Part shown: in pieces, positions 62,301-64,000 of the stretch
Position numbering within the stretch: position 1 is the stretch's first letter
How the letters are laid out: every line of letters starts with the position of its first letter
DNA from: Podarcis pityusensis
Lineage: Eukaryota
Assembly (NCBI GenBank): GCA_964106645.2
Contig: OZ067039.1
Length of the DNA: 64,000 nt
Reading direction: 5' to 3' (one strand)
The notes under the pieces: model-generated
Seen by the model: only the letters and a program-made list of their open reading frames with translations
Database searches by the model: none
What the model was told of the DNA's origin: nothing
Translations under genes and position numbers: made by a program

Positions 62301-64000
62301 TGACCTTTAAGGAATACACTTACAATGTATAGTATGAATTAAATTGACTGCAGTCCCTCAGGAAATGAATTTCAAGCCAGTCTTGTAAAGGAGTATTGCT
62401 GCTTGGAAGGACAGGGCTTCTACGCATGAGATTCTGCACAGCCTGTAGTGAATTGCATTATGCAGCAAGTGAGGGAGGTCTTCCAATTTCCATAAGCTAT
62501 TCTGCTTTTTAGAGGTCTAAACTGGTTAGTACTTACCTGTACCCAAAATTTCAATCTAAACATTCTCTCTTCTGATGAGCTGCCTAGCTGTGCTTGTGGG
62601 GGGGGGGGAGAGTTAAACCAGTAGTTGCTATAGTACTTTAGTTGCCTTTTTGCAGAGGGCTTAGGAGATAAACAACAACAAGAAACCTTTTGAGGTAGCT
62701 ATTTCAATTCCACTTAGAAACATGGTTTGATACCCCATCAACTCAGCTCTCTGGAAATAACCTCTCCCACCAGACCACCCCAATGATTCTTGCAAGATGC
62801 TATTTAGTTTACCAAGGTCATCATTAGCTATGTGAATGTATGGGGGGGGGAGTGTACTCTCCAAAACATTGCCCAGATTTGGGAGGGGTGGGACTTGCTC
62901 TCCTGGATTATATGCATTTGGCAAAAGATTTTTTGTTTTTGTTTTTTGAGATAGTAACCTTTTCCTGGCATAGGTTCAAATTAGATAATATTGCAAGTTT
63001 GCATTGTCTACTTAGAAATCAAACTCAAATTAGCTGAGATTTTTCTTGCCTGGTTGGTGGAAGTCTGCCAATGCTGAAGGTATTTATATTGTAGGATTCA
63101 ACCAACAAAGAAGAAAGAGGTTGTGCCCATGAGTTTGAGCGAGTTTCCTCCCATAAGACAAACTCTTGCAAAGTAGCTCACTTGTTGAGCCCTAGGCCCA
63201 AATGAGCAGCAAAGGACAACCCCAAAACGGTCAAATAAAAATTGTGAAACACATCACCACCACCCATGTCACAGAAAGCACTCTAACACAGAGCTGTTCT
63301 TCTTCCAGTGTGATAACAGAAAGAGAACTGAGCAGGAAGATATGAACATGGACAGTAGGGATTTGGCATGTGCCAAAAATCTAGCCTAGCTTGAGAGATA
63401 TTCCAAATGAGCTAAGCTATACACAGGTACAGAAACCCTATGTGTGATTGCACAGAGAGACCATGATAAAGAAAGATGAGAACCATGCTAGTTGCTCTTT
63501 ACTAATTTTCTTAATATGGCCTCAGATAATTGCAAAGTGGTAAAATGAATCAGAGTGGAAACACAAGTGTTCCTTGTTTATTTCTGCAAGTGATCTATAA
63601 ATTGTGTTTCACTAGCCCAACAATAGTGTCATTGACACTTCAATTAAGAGCCTTTATTATTAAGACTCTTGAAGGATTCAGTGCTATACAGGCAACACTA
63701 ACACATCAGATCTCTACATGTGTATCCAACTCTATGGAAAGGAACATGTTTCTTTTTCAACCAAAGGCTAATAGACTGTCTTTAACAGTGTAATAATTAT
63801 AACTTTTTCCCCTAGCCATATGAAACAGAAGCTAAAGAGTTGGCATGGAAATGAATTCAATGTCAATACATCTTTTAAACCTGGATCTTCTGAAACACTG
63901 ATAGCAGTTGAACTTGTGTGTTTTTTCTGTGCTACTTTGCTTCTGGTGCGCTATTGCAAAGACGTATTTGATGGAGAAGCAAATACCAAAAAGGTTTCTA

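Noticed and set aside
1-64000. CRISPR arrays, operons or other prokaryotic systems
   Set aside because: The sequence is intron-rich vertebrate DNA; the repeated motifs are MITE termini, not repeat-spacer arrays.

Overview
Vertebrate genomic DNA, most likely a lacertid-type lizard (inferred from a young Sauria SINE, a tRNA-Lys/CR1 SINE and squamate MITEs). The whole window lies inside one minus-strand gene, TNRC6C (GW182 family, the Argonaute-bound effector of miRNA silencing). I traced 17 visible coding exons with GT-AG boundaries and consistent phases, running from an N-terminal exon (57353) through the large GW/Ago-binding exon, UBA domain, Q-rich region and PAM2 motif to the start of the RRM (505). 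One more exon is inferred to lie inside an N-run. The 5'-most exons and the RRM/C-terminal exons are outside the window. Introns contain SINEs, CR1/L2 fragments, Tc1/mariner and hAT MITEs. Most ORF-track entries are spurious intronic or antisense frames. Best leads: (1) a candidate in-frame alternative or first exon at 46214-46351 with upstream CCAAT/octamer/YY1 motifs; (2) a candidate poison exon at 2928-2962; (3) a candidate 18-nt microexon at 4448-4465 with a downstream UGCAUG; (4) two strong intronic hairpins (5275-5416, 39116-39199) that pair better on the transcribed strand; (5) both N-runs fall on conserved coding sequence and look like masking rather than gaps. Homology statements come from my recall of human TNRC6C and repeat families, not from searches.
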